Below, piece by piece: positions 25,801 through 39,200 of a stretch of DNA of 64,000 nt. A program made the translations under genes and the position numbers. The stretch spans positions 3,782,001 to 3,846,000 of the forward strand of contig JAYWIR010000006.1 of NCBI GenBank assembly GCA_036172245.1, read 5' to 3'. Position 1 is the stretch's first letter. The number at the start of each line of letters is the position of its first letter. The notes beneath the pieces were generated by a model. It searched no databases. It had not been told where the DNA came from and saw nothing but the letters and a program-made list of their open reading frames with translations. Source of the DNA: Raillietiella orientalis (lineage: Eukaryota).

Positions 25801-28249
25801 GATACAACAGGATGCCCGGTGTATAAAGTGACAAGGATCAAAAATCACTAGGGGGACGAGGACATTGCGATGACAGTTAACAGGCGGACCCACGCTGCAA
25901 CGCCACTGCGAGCTCCCACCTTTCCCGGAACTCCCGCGCGGGGAATCCAGAATCGGGGAATCGGTTGTCACCAGCGACACTACCTCGGGAGGGGGGTGGG
26001 AGAGGTGGGATGTGGAAGAACAAAAGACGGCGTGCTCGGAGCTTGCAAAGGATGGTGAGGCATGCTGGAGAGGGACAGCCTGCAGGATCAACCCCCTGCC
26101 ACTGGGCACGAGGGACGACCTGCTTGCGTTTTACCACGGAGGAATATTGAGTGGTTCCAGGACTGAAATGCCAGAAGGGGAGCATCCGGGAAGGGTCCTG
26201 CAAGGCGCGCGGGGTCCCGGCTTCACTCGCCCAACGCTGCGCAGGGACTGAGCAGCGCTGAGGACGACGATGTCCTCAAGGGCGGGGCGCTCCTGACGGG
26301 ATCGTTTGAAGATGTCAGCGTTCACCCCCAATACGATCCCACGCTGCGGGCAGCGATAGCCCTCCCAGATGACCCCTCAAGGCATCCCGCTTCGTCACGA
26401 GCGCTGCTGTGGGAAAGGACAAGATAGAAGGATGCATGGAAATCCCGGGAGGGTGGATGAAGAAAAGACGTCGACAGCGTGAACTGCAGACGAATCCCAG
26501 CCGGGACGTGCAGCGGCATCTCCCGGGTGAAAGGAAGGACATGGAGGTCCAGTAGCCTTGGCCGGGACACTCAGTGAGGTGGAAGCATGAAGTCTGAGAT
26601 ACGGTGGTGGTGTCCGACGTGTGCGACACTGGTGTTGCTGTGGACACCGAATGTGTCCACAGCAACACCGCTCGTCGGCCCGTTTGGTGGTCGCCCAGCA
26701 TCTCTCCAAACCGCCACCATCCCGCGGGTGCAGCAGAGCAGCTGGGGATACGTCTGGCGGAAGGGCGTCTCGCGTCCCGGTGCGAAGCGAGAGAATGTCT
26801 GTCGCTGCGAGCTGCCCCGCCGTCGCCTGGGGGGTGCCCACCGACGTCCGCCGACTCGTGGGGTTCCTCGACGGAGGAAGACTTCTTGTCCGTCTCAACC
26901 CGGGGGCTCATGCACACAGATGTCTTCGCAGCGAACGCCGCAGAGTGAAAGGACGGCGGCGCGCGCAGAGGAACAGGGATGGTAGAGCAACCATGCCAAG
27001 ACGAGCCGCCTGAGCCGCCGCCGCCGGCGGATGGCTCAGCTCCACAATTTGAAACTACGGCGACGCCTGGGCTCGGTGCCAAGCATCCGCGTCCCGGATG
27101 GCCCCTCCGCACCGTCGTGGGAAGAGGAGCAAGGAAAAGAGCGCGCAAGAAAACAGAAGGAAACAGTAGCGACCTCGCGTGCGGCTACTCTGAAGGATCA
27201 CCCTTCTCCCCCCCTCCTCCTTCCCCAAGGGAGTAGCGCACTTGTTGGCACGCTGGGGAGACAATTTCTGGCACTTCTTGGAACGCCCCGCGGCTGTCCG
27301 AGTAGAAAGCGACGCTTCACTCAGGGAGGCAGGTGCCCGTCGGAGCGGAAGAGGAGAGGTCATTCTTGCCCGGTGGAGCGGATGATTGGAGGGGTCCCGA
27401 CAGACTCTCCGGCCTTGAGCAGGGGGTGGGAAGGCAAGTCCGGCTCGCTTGGAGGCTGAGGCTCGGACCATCGAATTCACCGGGTGCCATTAAGGAGCCG
27501 GTCGAGGCGAGCGGGACTAGGGCCCCGGCACAGACCAGGAGGAGCCCGACGCAGCGCGCGTCGGATCACCAGGGAAGGGGGGGGGGATTGATGGGTCAGT
27601 TGCCACGGTAGCTGGTCGCGAGTACCTGCCGAGGAGTGTCGGCAGCAAGTCGCCAGCCGAGGCGACAGGTGCCGAGGGCGTGGGTGGTGCTCTCTCTCGA
27701 GCGCGCCACCCATGCCCTCCAAGCCGAATCGCTCCCGCCTTCCGACGCACAGCGCCACCGCCGGCAGGCCCCCTCGTGGGTGTCGTGGGTGAAGGGGTGG
27801 CCATCTTTCCGTGGGGGCGCTGAGTAGGGAGGACGGACGGCTCTGCCTTCTGCCCTCGGGAAGCACTGACAGGAAGGACGGGGCGCGACGGGGTGCGCGC
27901 TGAAGGGCAGGCCCGGAGCCGCCCACCACCCGCGGGCCTCGGCGGAGGAAGCGAACTCTGAGCTACCGCGACCCTGGGGGGAGGCGTGGAGGAAGAAGGT
28001 TGGCTCCGTACAAGCAGAAGCCTCCGGGCGTCCGGGATTCCTGGTCCGGGGGCGGGGACCCCCTTCACGGAGGGTAAGGTGGGAGGGAAGAAGGGCACTT
28101 ACCACGGTGAGGGGGACGGGACGGGGCTTTCGGGTCCTTCCAGGAGCGTGAGAATAGGCCCTGGGGACCCTTCCTTCCCCCCACCGCCTCCCTGAACGAG
28201 TTGATCCTGGCGCGTTCGAGCCCGGACAGCCGGAAAGCACCCTCCTCAC

Positions 28250-28480
28250 CCCGCCACCCCCCAGAGTGGGCTTCCAGGAGAGAAGCGCGCCGTCGATCCA
28301 CGCCTGTCCACTGGGGGTTCTCCCGGAAGTGATGCTGCCGATCGCTGGAGGGCGGTTGGCGACCCATCGATCCTCGACGGAGGTGCGGGACCGGGGAAGG
28401 AGGAGATCCTCAGCGATGGCTGCCGACGCACGGAGTGGAGCGCGGCAAGCAGTCGGCTTGCACCTGCCCGGAGTCAAGGG
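28250..28480 (-). mobile_element. Decayed LINE APE endonuclease fragment
   Basis: VEDRWVANRPPAIGSITSGRTPSGQAWIDGALLS resembles L.D.WR..P...YT....RID..L.S. Confidence 0.4.
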
Positions 28481-29232
28481 ACTTCGCTCCGGGGATCCCT
28501 CCCCCGTGAGGTGGACGCGGCGCTGGCTGTCGGCAGGACAGGTCGCGTGGGGTCAGCCTGCACGAGCGCGTGCCAGTCGAGCCGATGGGCGCCTCAGGAG
28601 GTCGGACGCGCAGGAGCCCCAGAGAGGGGAGGTGGGGATTTTTTCCTGGCGCGAGCGGGAAGGACCCGCCCTTGAAAGGTTTTGGGGGGAACGCGTCCTG
28701 AGGGGGTTTTCGATTGGGGAGGAGGGGAGGGGGTAAGTTTGGCTTCAGGAGTTAAAGGTCAGCTGGCGCACAGCTGGACGCTCAGCAAGGAAGCGAGGAG
28801 CGGCACATCTGAGAGGACCCTCTGCAAGGGGGGAAGGAATTGGGTCGGGACGTTGGGGAAGGGAGAAATGGCGGGGAAGAGGACCTCTGGATGCGCGGGC
28901 CGGCGGCGCGGCGACTTTCGGTCACTCTCTGACTCAGGCGGGAGGGATCGGCATCCCCGGTCTCCGTCCTCGTGGTCCCCGGGAATTGGGAGGTCTCCTG
29001 GATGGAGGAGACCTCTCCGCGGCTCTACAGGATCTCCGTTCCCCTCGCACTTTCCCCACCCGCAAGTGATACCCCTCCCTTGCGAAAGGCGGAAGCGGCC
29101 GACCGAAGCGGCGGGGTTGGCGCACCCGTCCCTGCTGCTGACACCGCCGGCCCCTTCCCGTGGCCCTGGACGACGACGCCCCGCGCTTGAGACGAGCTCG
29201 GGAGGCGTCCGCAGACAGCTGATCTGACGTGG

Positions 29233-29660
29233 ATTCCAATCCGGGGGCTCCAGGGCATTTCTGTAAGAAAAGAGAAACAAATCGTGTGGTCGGTCCGGTG
29301 ATCCAACCACGCCCGTCTCCGAAGGAATCTCTTCCGGGTTGCCGGCACTCAGGCCGGTGAGGTTCAGTCGGTAGCGGCGTGAGGGGGACAAAAAAAAAAA
29401 GAGAGACAAAAATGAATAGATAAATAAACTTGAGGGGTACGCAAAGGGGTCACTTCCTGCTGGAGACGGTCCTCTGCATCCTGTAGAGGATGCTGGTAAG
29501 TTCACGGTGAGCATGACACGGGTGGGATCATCTCGTTGCTCTCCGCAAAAAAAGGTAGGGCGAAGAGGATGGGCATCTCTGCCGTTTCCTCCTTTGGCGT
29601 CGTTCCAGCCGCATCCCCAACAGCGAAGGGCCGCTGGGGATACAGCCGGCGTCAATGAGT
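29233..29660 (-). mobile_element. Decayed LINE 3' end (second subfamily)
   Basis: RELTSILYRMQRTVSSRK* is homologous to 43050-43265 and 52578-52793; degenerate 3' hairpin at 29233-29262. Confidence 0.6.
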
Positions 29661-30269
29661 CGCGCGCTCCAAGAGGGGTTTCACGTGCGCCCCAGGAGTC
29701 GCCATGTGGGGTCCGTGCGACTGTCGTGGGGTCGCCGCAACGCGTCCCCACGACAGTCGCACGGCAACGCAGTCTACGAGCAAGTACGGGAGGGACTCGC
29801 GTTCCCCGCACCTGGGAGGAAAAAGGGGGGAACTCACACCCCCGGATCCAGTAATGCCCGCGGTCGTTGCACGGGAGACCCCAGTGCAGCAGATTCTAGG
29901 TCGACCCCTGCTGCTTCAAGGGGTTCGAGAGCAACGGAGGCCACTGTGGATCTTCCCGTGGCGTCCACCCCAGCTGCTCGCCCCAGAGCAGAAGTCCTCG
30001 AGGTGGGGCGCTCGGGATCGCGGCGTCCGTGAGCAGGCCCGTTGCCCACTCACCGAGTGCTTCTCTCCTGGCAGAGATTTCCATGGAGACCACCCCGTTT
30101 AGCCGGGGGGCTGCTGTCCATGTGTTCCTCAGGGAGGGCAACGCTGCGGTGATGGAGGTTCTGCCCACGCGCGCTCTCCCCGGAGATGTTAGGTGATATC
30201 TCCCGGAGAGAGCGGTTGTTATGGCAGCAGTGTAGCGTTCACTGTGCAGGCCCCGGGCGCCGCTCGTTA

Positions 30270-30790
30270 TTCTCCCTCGTGCGGACGGTTCCCTGCAGCC
30301 AGGCACCACTGTTCTCAGAATGGGGTGGAGGGTGGGTGAGAGGAGATTCAGGTGCCGTGAGTGCTTGTCAGGGTTGCAACCGCCGGAGCTACTGCAGTCC
30401 ACAGCGGAAGGGAGAGAGTGCGCGTCGATAGCGTGCCGGGAAGGACGCGATCCACGCTCCGCCGGCGGCCTGCCTGGCGAGGAGGCGCGCGTGCACGCTC
30501 GCGCCAGGTGGCGCTCCGCAGCTTCACCAACAGGGCGAGGATCCTGGACTGGAGCTGCTGCAGCTTCCATCCACTCCGGCGCCAGGATGACCGGAGTGGA
30601 TGGCCCGAACGCAGAGCAGATAGGTCCTTTGGCCGGACTCAGGACCTTTCCTTGCCCCAAGAGGCAATCCTGAGAAGGCCCTTCGTCCTCTTCCTGATGC
30701 TCTCCGTCGGGGAGCAAGCAGAAAGCAGGGAGAAGAGGAGGGGAGGGAGGGACAGGAAAGTTTTCCTCACCGCGGCCGTTCCAGCATGTG
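30270..30790 (-). mobile_element. Decayed LINE ORF2 fragment (post-RT region)
   Basis: PPLLFSLLSACSPTESIRKRTKGLLRIASWGKERS*VRPKDLSALR aligns with APLLRPLFFVCPPPYSAKRRAQRLLRNALWGPARSRIRLKDLAAPR of the intact ORF. Confidence 0.7.
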
Positions 30791-31794
30791 CCACCGGCAG
30801 GTGGCACCACATGTCTCCTCGGAACGGGCCGAGCGCATGTCCTGCCCTCTGGAGACGGCCTGACCAGCCTTCTGCTACGCAAGTGCCCCCTCCCCCTCCC
30901 AGTCCTCCAAACTGACCTGATGCGGACGTTGACGGTGGAGAGACGACGCGGTCAGGTCGAGGTGCCTCTTTTCCCCCCATCCTATCCTTCCTTTCTTTCC
31001 TGCCTTTTTGGCAAGAACATCCGAGGGGTCAAAGGTTGAGCTGGGAAGCTGCGTCTGCGCAGGAGCCTCGCCGCGGGAACGGGCGGGTCGTAAGCTGCCG
31101 CGCAGTGGAATGGAGAAAGGGAATAGCCCTCCGGCATGCAGCAGGTCACGGCTCAAGGGCATGGAATGGACTGCGTCGCTTCCGGATTGTCACGGGCTCA
31201 CTCTCGCGTGCAGCCCGCGCGCTTCGTGCGTCACATTGTGCGCGCGCGTCCCATTGCTAAGTTTGCCCCGGGAACAAGGCCCCCTGGCTCTCACCCGGTC
31301 GCTCCGCGTGGCTCACCCGCGGGAATAATTGGGGAATGAGCCGGGAAGGTGGCCCCTGCCGGAATCTGGTGGCGCCTTTGAGAGAGACGCCGACCTGCGC
31401 CGCTCGCCCGCAGGGGTAGGGCATCCCCGTCATATGCCTTTCCCTTCTCCACCCCTTCCCATCCCGCGTGCCCCTGGGAGGAGGATGCTCCTTATCCCTG
31501 CCACAGGAGGAACAGGTAGAGGCGAGTGGGTTGCTCAGGAGAAGGGCGGGACGTCATGGTCACATGTGCGCCGCCGCCCTCGTTAGCGGCGCGGCAGATA
31601 CTCCCCCGTCCCTCCACTCTCCTGATCAGTCTCGGAATCACCCGGGAGAGGTAGCGCCACGCAGCCGTATGGCGGCCGTCTGTGCCCGCGCTCGCTGGAT
31701 AGGGAGGGAGCAGGCGCCATTCGAAAGGCGACGGGGCGCTGGCCCGAGTGTCCTCCCTGGTCAACGTGGGGCGGAGAGATCTCTTCCCCGCTCT

Positions 31795-32450
31795 TCAAGA
31801 TAGGGGGGTACCCCAGGAGGGGTCCTCCCTATGAATCCAGGAAGGACTCGGAGTCCGTTCCTCTCACGCCTGGGGAGGGATCCCCGGAAATGGGGATCAC
31901 CTCCACCCTGGTTGTCTCTGAAGGGGAATCCTGAAGGGAAATCTCCTTCCTTATTCTCTCCGAAGAGACCCTTGGAGGGGTCCACTCCAGTTTTTCTTCT
32001 CTGAATGGAACTCGGAAGGGATCCGATCCTGTTTTTACTCTGAAGAGAACCCAGAAGGTGACGCTTCCGAAATTCAGGAGGACGCATCTTCCCCGAAGGG
32101 ATCGGCTCGCGTCTCTGCACTCCCTGGAGGGGTGGTAGCGACACACCTACTCCATTAGTCCGACGCGGAGGGGTCCTCCCCGGAATGGGGTCCGCTCCTT
32201 CACAACCGAGGGGAAACTCCCACTCCGTGATAACTGGAAGGATCTGGAGGTCGACTCCCATTTGTCCCGGCCCTCATCGGGGGGCATCCGGTTTTAACCG
32301 CTACCGGTGCCGCATCCGGATGAATATAGGCCAACCAGCGTCATCTTATGGGGTGAACTCGAACCCACGACGCACCGTGTCGATTCAGTTCGGAGTATTC
32401 GAACCCACGACGCGTGGTGCCATGTGCGGAGGCCACCGTAACCACACGTC
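31795..32450 (-). mobile_element. tRNA-like head with duplicated B-box, conserved ATG and decayed ORF1-like body
   Basis: GCGTCGTGGGTTCGA occurs twice on the minus strand (~32359 and ~32399); ATG at 32344; colinear with 20810-21395; RNGLRVLPGFIGRTPPGVPPYLEE resembles a Tx1 ORF1 motif. Confidence 0.65.
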
Positions 32451-33669
32451 CTCCGACGTGAGCAGCCTCCCCCTTCTCACAGCGCTCCAGCATCCCCTGG
32501 ACGCCGTTAGGATGACACCACCCACCGCGGCAGAGTCCTGGCGAGTCCCGACGTCGGGCCTACTCGGTCCAGCAGCACGCGCAAGAGGGAAGCTGCAGGC
32601 TCACTTCAGGAAGGGACAGGGAATTCCCCTGAGGGCTACTGAGAGAAAGGATGGACTTACTCCTGATCCGCGTCCCCAAGGGAGCCACCCTACTCCGCAG
32701 ACTCTTGGGGCTGCCGCGCCGGTCCTCAACCCCCCCCTCCTTCCTGCCAGTGAACCCCTCCTGAGATGGGGCGCGGGAAAGACTGCCCTACTCCGCCTCT
32801 CCCGCCGGCAGCTGCCTCCGTCCTCCCACAAAGAGGGCAGCACTGCGTCCCAATGCCCGGAGGCGCGCCCCCTGAGCCGAGGAGAGCCTTTCCGCACGGC
32901 GAGAAGGACCGGACAACTCCGGGCCGGTCCACGTAGCCCGGAGTTTCCTGGAAGGTGCTCCGGGAGCAGACCGAAGTTCAAGATCTCCCGCCACGTCCAT
33001 GTGCTCGTGCAATTCACAGCAAGCGGAGGAGCGGACATGTTTCTCGGTCCGCGTCCACCTCGACCTGGCGCCAACCGCTGGAGCTGGGAAGGATCCTCCT
33101 CCCACGCCCTATGCAACCTCAGCCTGACCGATCCTGACCAATGAGAGTCAGAAGGAGCTTGAGGTCCCTCTGGAGTACCGTGGGGCCCTTCGGTCTCTTC
33201 CGGTAGCAGACGTAAGGCAGACCCAGGGCAAAGGGACGGCGCCCGCGTCCGAAGAGGCCGAAGGTGAGAAGAGAGCATCGGGGATGACCACCCCTTTCCT
33301 TCCCAAAGAAGCTCCTCAGGAAGCGGCAGCGGTCGGCAGAGGAACGCCTGAGGTCTCGGGGTCCGCCAACTCACGAAGCAACAAGAGCGCCGGCAGGGAG
33401 TCGAGAGTGACAACATCCAGAAAGAGTTGGCGTTCTGTGATGCACCCCTAGGTGCTCGCACTGAAAGCACACCACCTCAGAGTGGAATAAGGTGATGGAT
33501 CACCACCTCAGGGTGGAAGAAGGCTGCAACCTCATCGAGAGCTGCAGTGTCGAAGAGTGCGGGCATGGCAGGGGTGATAGGGGTGCCACCCCTCCATCTC
33601 CGCCGTCGTTCGTTTACACCTCTTTTTGTAGGCGCCATGCTCGTGTCGAGGAAGCTTCCGGGACACTGC

Positions 33670-33900
33670 TATAGTGTCCAGACGGATGCTCCTGGAGAGC
33701 TGCACTGCGTCCATCCACGTTGCAGAATTCGTCTGGAGGTTCCATCATGGGCGTGTGACCGCCCAGACGGCGTCTCCAGCACCAAGACATGCCGTCGCCG
33801 TCTCTCTTCGTGCTCGGTCTGCCTGCGCGCCGAGGTTCGCGAGCACCCGTGGGGCCTGACTCTTTGGGGAATCGTGCGATGGCAGGGAAACTGATGTCGA
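33670..33900 (+). mobile_element. Possible LINE C-terminal zinc-binding (zf-RVT-like) remnant
   Basis: AEFVWRFHHGRVT followed, after a frameshift, by CSVCLRAEVREH. Confidence 0.35.
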
Positions 33901-34687
33901 AGGGCCGCTCCGCTCCGGCCGAGAAGAGAACCTTTCCGTGGTGCTTGGCTCTCCGAGCCTCCCAGCGACAACGCTGATGCCGAGTTGCCGGAGAGACGGC
34001 AGACGTCCAGGACGGTAGGTTGGTTGGATCCTACCCTTGACGCACAGGATGGAGGAGCTTCGAGCCGACTTTCCACCTGGGATTGGCTGCTCCAGACCAC
34101 TCCCCAAGTGGCCACCTCTTTCCCTGGGCTCGCCCCGTCTCCTCGCAATTCCTCCAGTTCGGGAGAGTTGGGTTATTCTGGTGTAGCCATTCAAAGTCCG
34201 GTGACTCCTGGAACAGTGACTGTGGTAGGGAGAGGAAGTAGGGCTGGAAAATGGGAAAGGATTTCAGGGCTGCTTCTCCAGCCTCTGGATGTTCGCTGCT
34301 CTTCCCCAGGGAAAATTCCACTCGATGAAGGTGCAGGATTGGCGAGGGAGGAAGATTAGTAAGATACGGGACCAGAAGGCTTTTGTCGTTGGTGTCGCAG
34401 ATTTCCGGTGCACAAGCCGTGACCCTGGCAGGTTCGATTTGCCCAGGTTCGAAGATTCCGGGAGAGACGGCAGCTGATGCTGCAAAGCATCGGGCGCGCG
34501 GCTCGGGGATGGAGATGTGGGAGGGGAGAAAAAAATCGATCCCTAACGGCGACCACGAGAGTCACTGTCCTTGACCCCAAAATCAGGATGCTAGAGGGAC
34601 CGGAGCGAGTGGATGCGAGACAACAGTCACGGGTTTGAATTCCTCCGTCATGTTCCATCTGTTGGTTGGTGATGATGCCGTGTGCTG

Positions 34688-35400
34688 TTTCTCCTCCCGG
34701 TCACGCCGGTGGGTTCATTTACGAACCAAAATAGATGAATAAATAAATAAGCAAACTAGAAATGCGATTCCTGGAAACAGCAAGAGGAAGTTCAAGGGGC
34801 AGGGTCCTCCGACACGCAGGCCAACCAACCTCAAAGTCCGGAACGGGTGGGAGATGATGATAAATACATAAAAAGACAGGAGGACGGAAAGACGGCATTC
34901 GAATCCAGCGATCCCTTCCTTTTGCAACCGGCGCTGGGTGACGTCGACCCGCAACTTGACTCCCCCTGCAACTCGCAGCCGCCCTCACTCGGATGGCCTC
35001 CCTTCGCTGAACCCGAGACCCCAGCGCGTTGCGGGCCGTGACGGTGTGCCGGGCTGCGGTATCTCGTTGTGATCGCAGCGCCGCGCGCGGAGTATCTGGA
35101 AGTGTCGTAGCTCCTGCAATGGTGCAGAGGAGCTCCCATTTCGGCTGCAGACTGCCATCTTTAGTTGTCGATAGGGCAGACAGCTCAGTGGTAAGAGGTA
35201 GGGTGTCCAGGAAAGCCCAGTTCGTCGAATCCTGCAATCCCAGCAAGAGGCAGAGGAGAGTTCGCAGGCGACGGCGTATTTCCAGGAACACTTGCAGAGT
35301 GGCAGCCCGGTTTTCCACAGCCTCCTGCTACCAGGAGGCACCCCAGCTCTCAGGGCCGCAGAAGATCCAAGGGTTGGCTTTTCAAAGACAAGCCCGTCGT
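34688..35400 (-). mobile_element. Decayed LINE ORF2 3' part and 3' UTR
   Basis: WIFCGP..W*QEAV..LQDSTNWAFLDTLPL..KWELLCTIAG aligns with WISCRP..WRQEAL..LEDQDQWTRLAAMPL..RWEITCEIAG. The UTR is similar to 8820-9020; hairpin at 34688-34720. Confidence 0.7.
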
Positions 35401-35899
35401 CTCAACGGGAGGCCCAATTCTCAAATCCGACTCCGACAGCACGGCAGTCCCTCGCTGCCGGTGCACCGCCGAAAAGATGAGAAAGATGGCGAGATCTTCG
35501 ATTTGATACGCAGTGCTGCTTGCACCTGCAGTCTGATCTTCGAACCAAAAAAAACAATGTGGAGCACTTGAAACCAAGTCTCAGAATCAGTTCCCAGCAA
35601 AGTTGACTTTGCAGCTGTTTGTAAAAAAACTGTGCTGTATGGAGTGAAGAAATACACAACGGGAGCAGTTTTCCTCATTTGTCCTTTCAGCATCTTGTCA
35701 TCCACGATGAGCCACAGCATCACCTACTGAAAGCGTGTGACCTTTTCCTCGAAGCAGCAAACAAAAACACCGTGCCGATCATGGTCGTCAACCACCGAGC
35801 TACGACCAAAAGAAAGCCACACACACGCACCAAAGAAAAGCACTTCCAGTGCATGCATCCCCAGAAGCACAGATGAAGAGGGGTACTCTCAAGAAAGAG

Positions 35900-37750
35900 G
35901 GAGGGTTACTGGGAAACAGGAAATTGAATGAGGTTTCTCCGCGATGCGATAGAATCCTTGAAAATGTTCCAGAAAAGAAGAACGCATCGGAGCGAACCAA
36001 TTCCCGCAGATGGGATGGTGATCATCGGTCCAGACCTGTTGTTCCGCCAAGAACCAGAAGTTTCGTCCGTGGATTCCGCTCCAGTGCCCCGCAAAGCTGA
36101 GGTGGCGCTCACCAAGAGCGACAGTCACACGCTGCCTATGTCGAGCTTTTGGAAGGTACTTGATCCGTAGTCCAGGTGATGAGGAGCTTGCCGAAGAAAA
36201 TTTCTTGCTAAACGTAGTCACCAGAAGGTGTCGAAACTCCGAAAGCAAAACAAAGACAAAAAGCTAAACTCTGCAGTGCAAGATGAGGAAAATCAGCGCT
36301 CATTACCGCAATCTTCATTACGAATTCACAGGAAGGAGCATTGCGTCACTATGAAAAAAAACAAAATGGCGAGTTTAAGTGATCCTTATCTACCGAACCA
36401 TGTGATCCTGATTTCGTGATCTCTGAAACACGTAGAATGCTGATGTTAGCAAACCTTGCGATCCGCTGAAGCATTGCAGCCTCCGTTTTGCAACCACGCT
36501 GAAAGGCGGGCTGCTTGATCCGAGCTGTGAACTCCGTTTCGTGTAGAGAGACGGGGACGAACTCTGCGGTGCCCGAGGTCTGTGATGGTTAGCGATGCAC
36601 ACAAGCCGCTCCTCGGAGTCGAAACATAGGTGACCTGTCTGAAAGATGCAGCGTGATGCAATTCCACGGATGGTTCTTCCTAATGTAAGGGTGGTGGTTG
36701 GTGAGTGCAAGCTGACTGCCGGAGACTGCAAAGGAGATGGAGGTCGGGATCCTAAAGCAAAGGAAACATTCCCTTCAGCAAGGCACGTTCCGCTGCTCGT
36801 CGACATCAAAAGGATGGACGGATAAACAAGTGTCTTTTTGGACCAAGGAGGGGTTTCCGAAGAAACAGTTCACTGCTCTCTCGATCTTTCTGTCGTCTTT
36901 CTTTCTCAAGATCTCCTTCTTTCAAGGTTTCTGCCCGAGTGTTTACTCGGCTCTCCTGTTTCTTAGCGATCCACCGTCTCCTAAATCCGTGCGACCCGCT
37001 CTAGTCTTCACCCAGAGTTCATCAGCGTGACGTATTCCTTTTCTTCTCGTCAGCGTTTCTGAAGGCAGATGCCACTCCGAAAAACACTCCAATGCATCCG
37101 AGGATTTCTTCAGGAGGGCCGAGCTCGCGCGTCAGCACGAAAGGGCGTTCTTCGAGATCTCTGATCACGAAGAACTTTCACCACTCAGCACCTGTCTTCG
37201 TCAGGTCGTGCGCCTCCAACCGACCGGAGACATGCAAGGGATGCCTCTTAAGAAGACACCCGAATGATGCTTCGAGCCAAAGAGGAAGCGTGCGCAACGA
37301 AATTGGAAGGGGAACGAGGTGAGATTCGTCGACCTTTTGAGCCGCGCGAAGAGCTGCACGGGTCGAATGTCGGTGTAGAGGCTCCGTGGCGAGCTCGCGT
37401 AGGTGGTCAAGACGAGCTCGCACGCATGCACCCAGGGGCGGAAGAGGCATCCTATTCTAGCATTGAATGAATGTGGAAGTCGTGCTGGTGATGGTTAGCG
37501 TCCTGTAGCCCACACGACATACTTCACCAACTCCTGTTTAAGATGGCGCGACGCAGTCACCGTTCCTCCTGAGGCTGTGCACCTTTCTTCCTCCTTGGCT
37601 TCCACTATTCCCTCACGACTTCCATCTGAACCAATCGAAAGGGTTGCTCGTCCCTCTTGCCCTCTGCAGAATGGAAAGGAGTGAAGCGCCCCGGAGGTGC
37701 AGCCCCCACAGGTACCAAGGGACAAGGAAAGTCGCTCCTATAAGGGGAAC
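35900..37750 (-). mobile_element. Possible ORF1 and endonuclease remnants of a minus-strand LINE
   Basis: Weak motifs in the expected order: KQELVKY, LYTDIRPV..FLRGIPC, RGIA..DSEERLVCI, DDHHPI. Confidence 0.3.
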
Positions 37751-38729
37751 TTTTTGCTATGGCTGAGAATCGAAAAGGAAACGGAAAAACGGACGCCGCG
37801 CAGTTCGCAGTTGGGTCTTTTGAGAAACGCAGAGAAAAGGGGAAAAAATTGCAGGTTTTTGCCCCCTGGCGAATAGAATAGCTTTCCCCCACGGGGACGA
37901 GACAACTCTGCAGGACCAAAGATGGGCTTCTTGGGCGACCAGTTGTCTCCACCGGGCGGGACGGAGGTTCACCAACGTGCTCGCCGAGATACCAAAGTCC
38001 ACCTGCATCGAAATCTCTGGCTATGCTCTTCTGGAAGAGAGCGGCGGCGAAGACGAGGAAAGACTTTGAAGAAACCAGAAAGAAGCTCCCGTCTTTCATG
38101 TTAGGATCGAAAGACGAGGCGCTTGCATCTAAAGAAGACACCAAAGGCATGGAAGAACGTTCCAATGATACCAGAAGAGGAGGCAGCCTCTCAGGAGGTG
38201 GCTCAGTGAGCGGTCATTGAAGGGGCATTCACACGTGGTCGCACGCAAGAACTGCTACGGACAGATGATGAAGCGAGGTTCTTCACCTTCTCCGCAGAGC
38301 ATCCCTGAACGCTCGTCGGGAGGAGGCTGCTCTTCTCTGCGGGATGCTGCGTCGGAGCCCGGCTGCGATGCTCCTCCCGAGATGAATGCTGAGATGGATG
38401 AATCCTGGCGTGCGCCGTTTCTTTCCCGAGGAGCTCTGCTTGGCGCCAAAGTTCTTCAGCTCCCTTAGCGCCTAGATGACCATCGGCAGATACCCGCTGA
38501 TGCGGGCACTCCTTCGGGGGAGGAGCAGAGAGCGAGCCTTCCGGAGCCGTCGCGAAGTTCTCGACAGAGCGGCCGACGTCATGGCTGCCGTCCCCCGCCG
38601 CGGGCACGACAGGTAGGCTTGGAGCTTCGATTCGACCCCGCATGTCCTCTGGAAAGGCTACCAGGAAGATCCCCTGCTCCGGGCCATTGGGGCGCCACAC
38701 CTGAGTGATAAGGCAGGGACCCAGGTTCA

Positions 38730-39200
38730 AGGCAGGGACTTCCTCCACTCCTCGGGGTGGAAGGCACACTCACGCAGGTGCTCCTGGAAGGAATACCTGT
38801 GGAGAGGAAGGCGCACCTTTCCGCAGAGAGGGAGCTGCGGCGCAGGCTCGCAGGGTCCATTCGGAGAGGAGCACTTAAGCTCGTGGGAGTGGGGCTGAGC
38901 TGCTGCATCCTGGAGGACGTGGGAAAGCACGCAAGGATGCTTTCTTGGCAGCTGCAGCACGTGTTCCGCAGCCTCCCTCGCATCCCAGAGAGCTCAGTCT
39001 CTGCACTGGAACAATATGGTTCGCATGAAGGCGAGGCTGCGGCCGCATGAACTGCCCACGAGGCTTCTGGACGCAGGCGACTACCTTCTTCCCCGGGGGT
39101 TTTTGAGGCTACGGGGGAAAGAGCTGCCTGAAGCGCCGGATCTGGGCGTCGACCGGCTGAAGTTCGCGTCCAGAGCTCCCTTTCCTCGAGGGTCTCTCCC
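38730..39200 (+). mobile_element. Possible LINE ORF1 remnant
   Basis: LTQVLLEGIPVE and MVRMKARLRPHELPTRL resemble Tx1-type ORF1 RRM motifs. Confidence 0.35.

Noticed and set aside
33470..33523. 31-bp-period direct repeat (CACCACCTCAG.GTGGAA.AAGG x2) resembling a mini CRISPR
   Set aside because: Only two units, no unique spacers, eukaryotic context; a simple tandem duplication.
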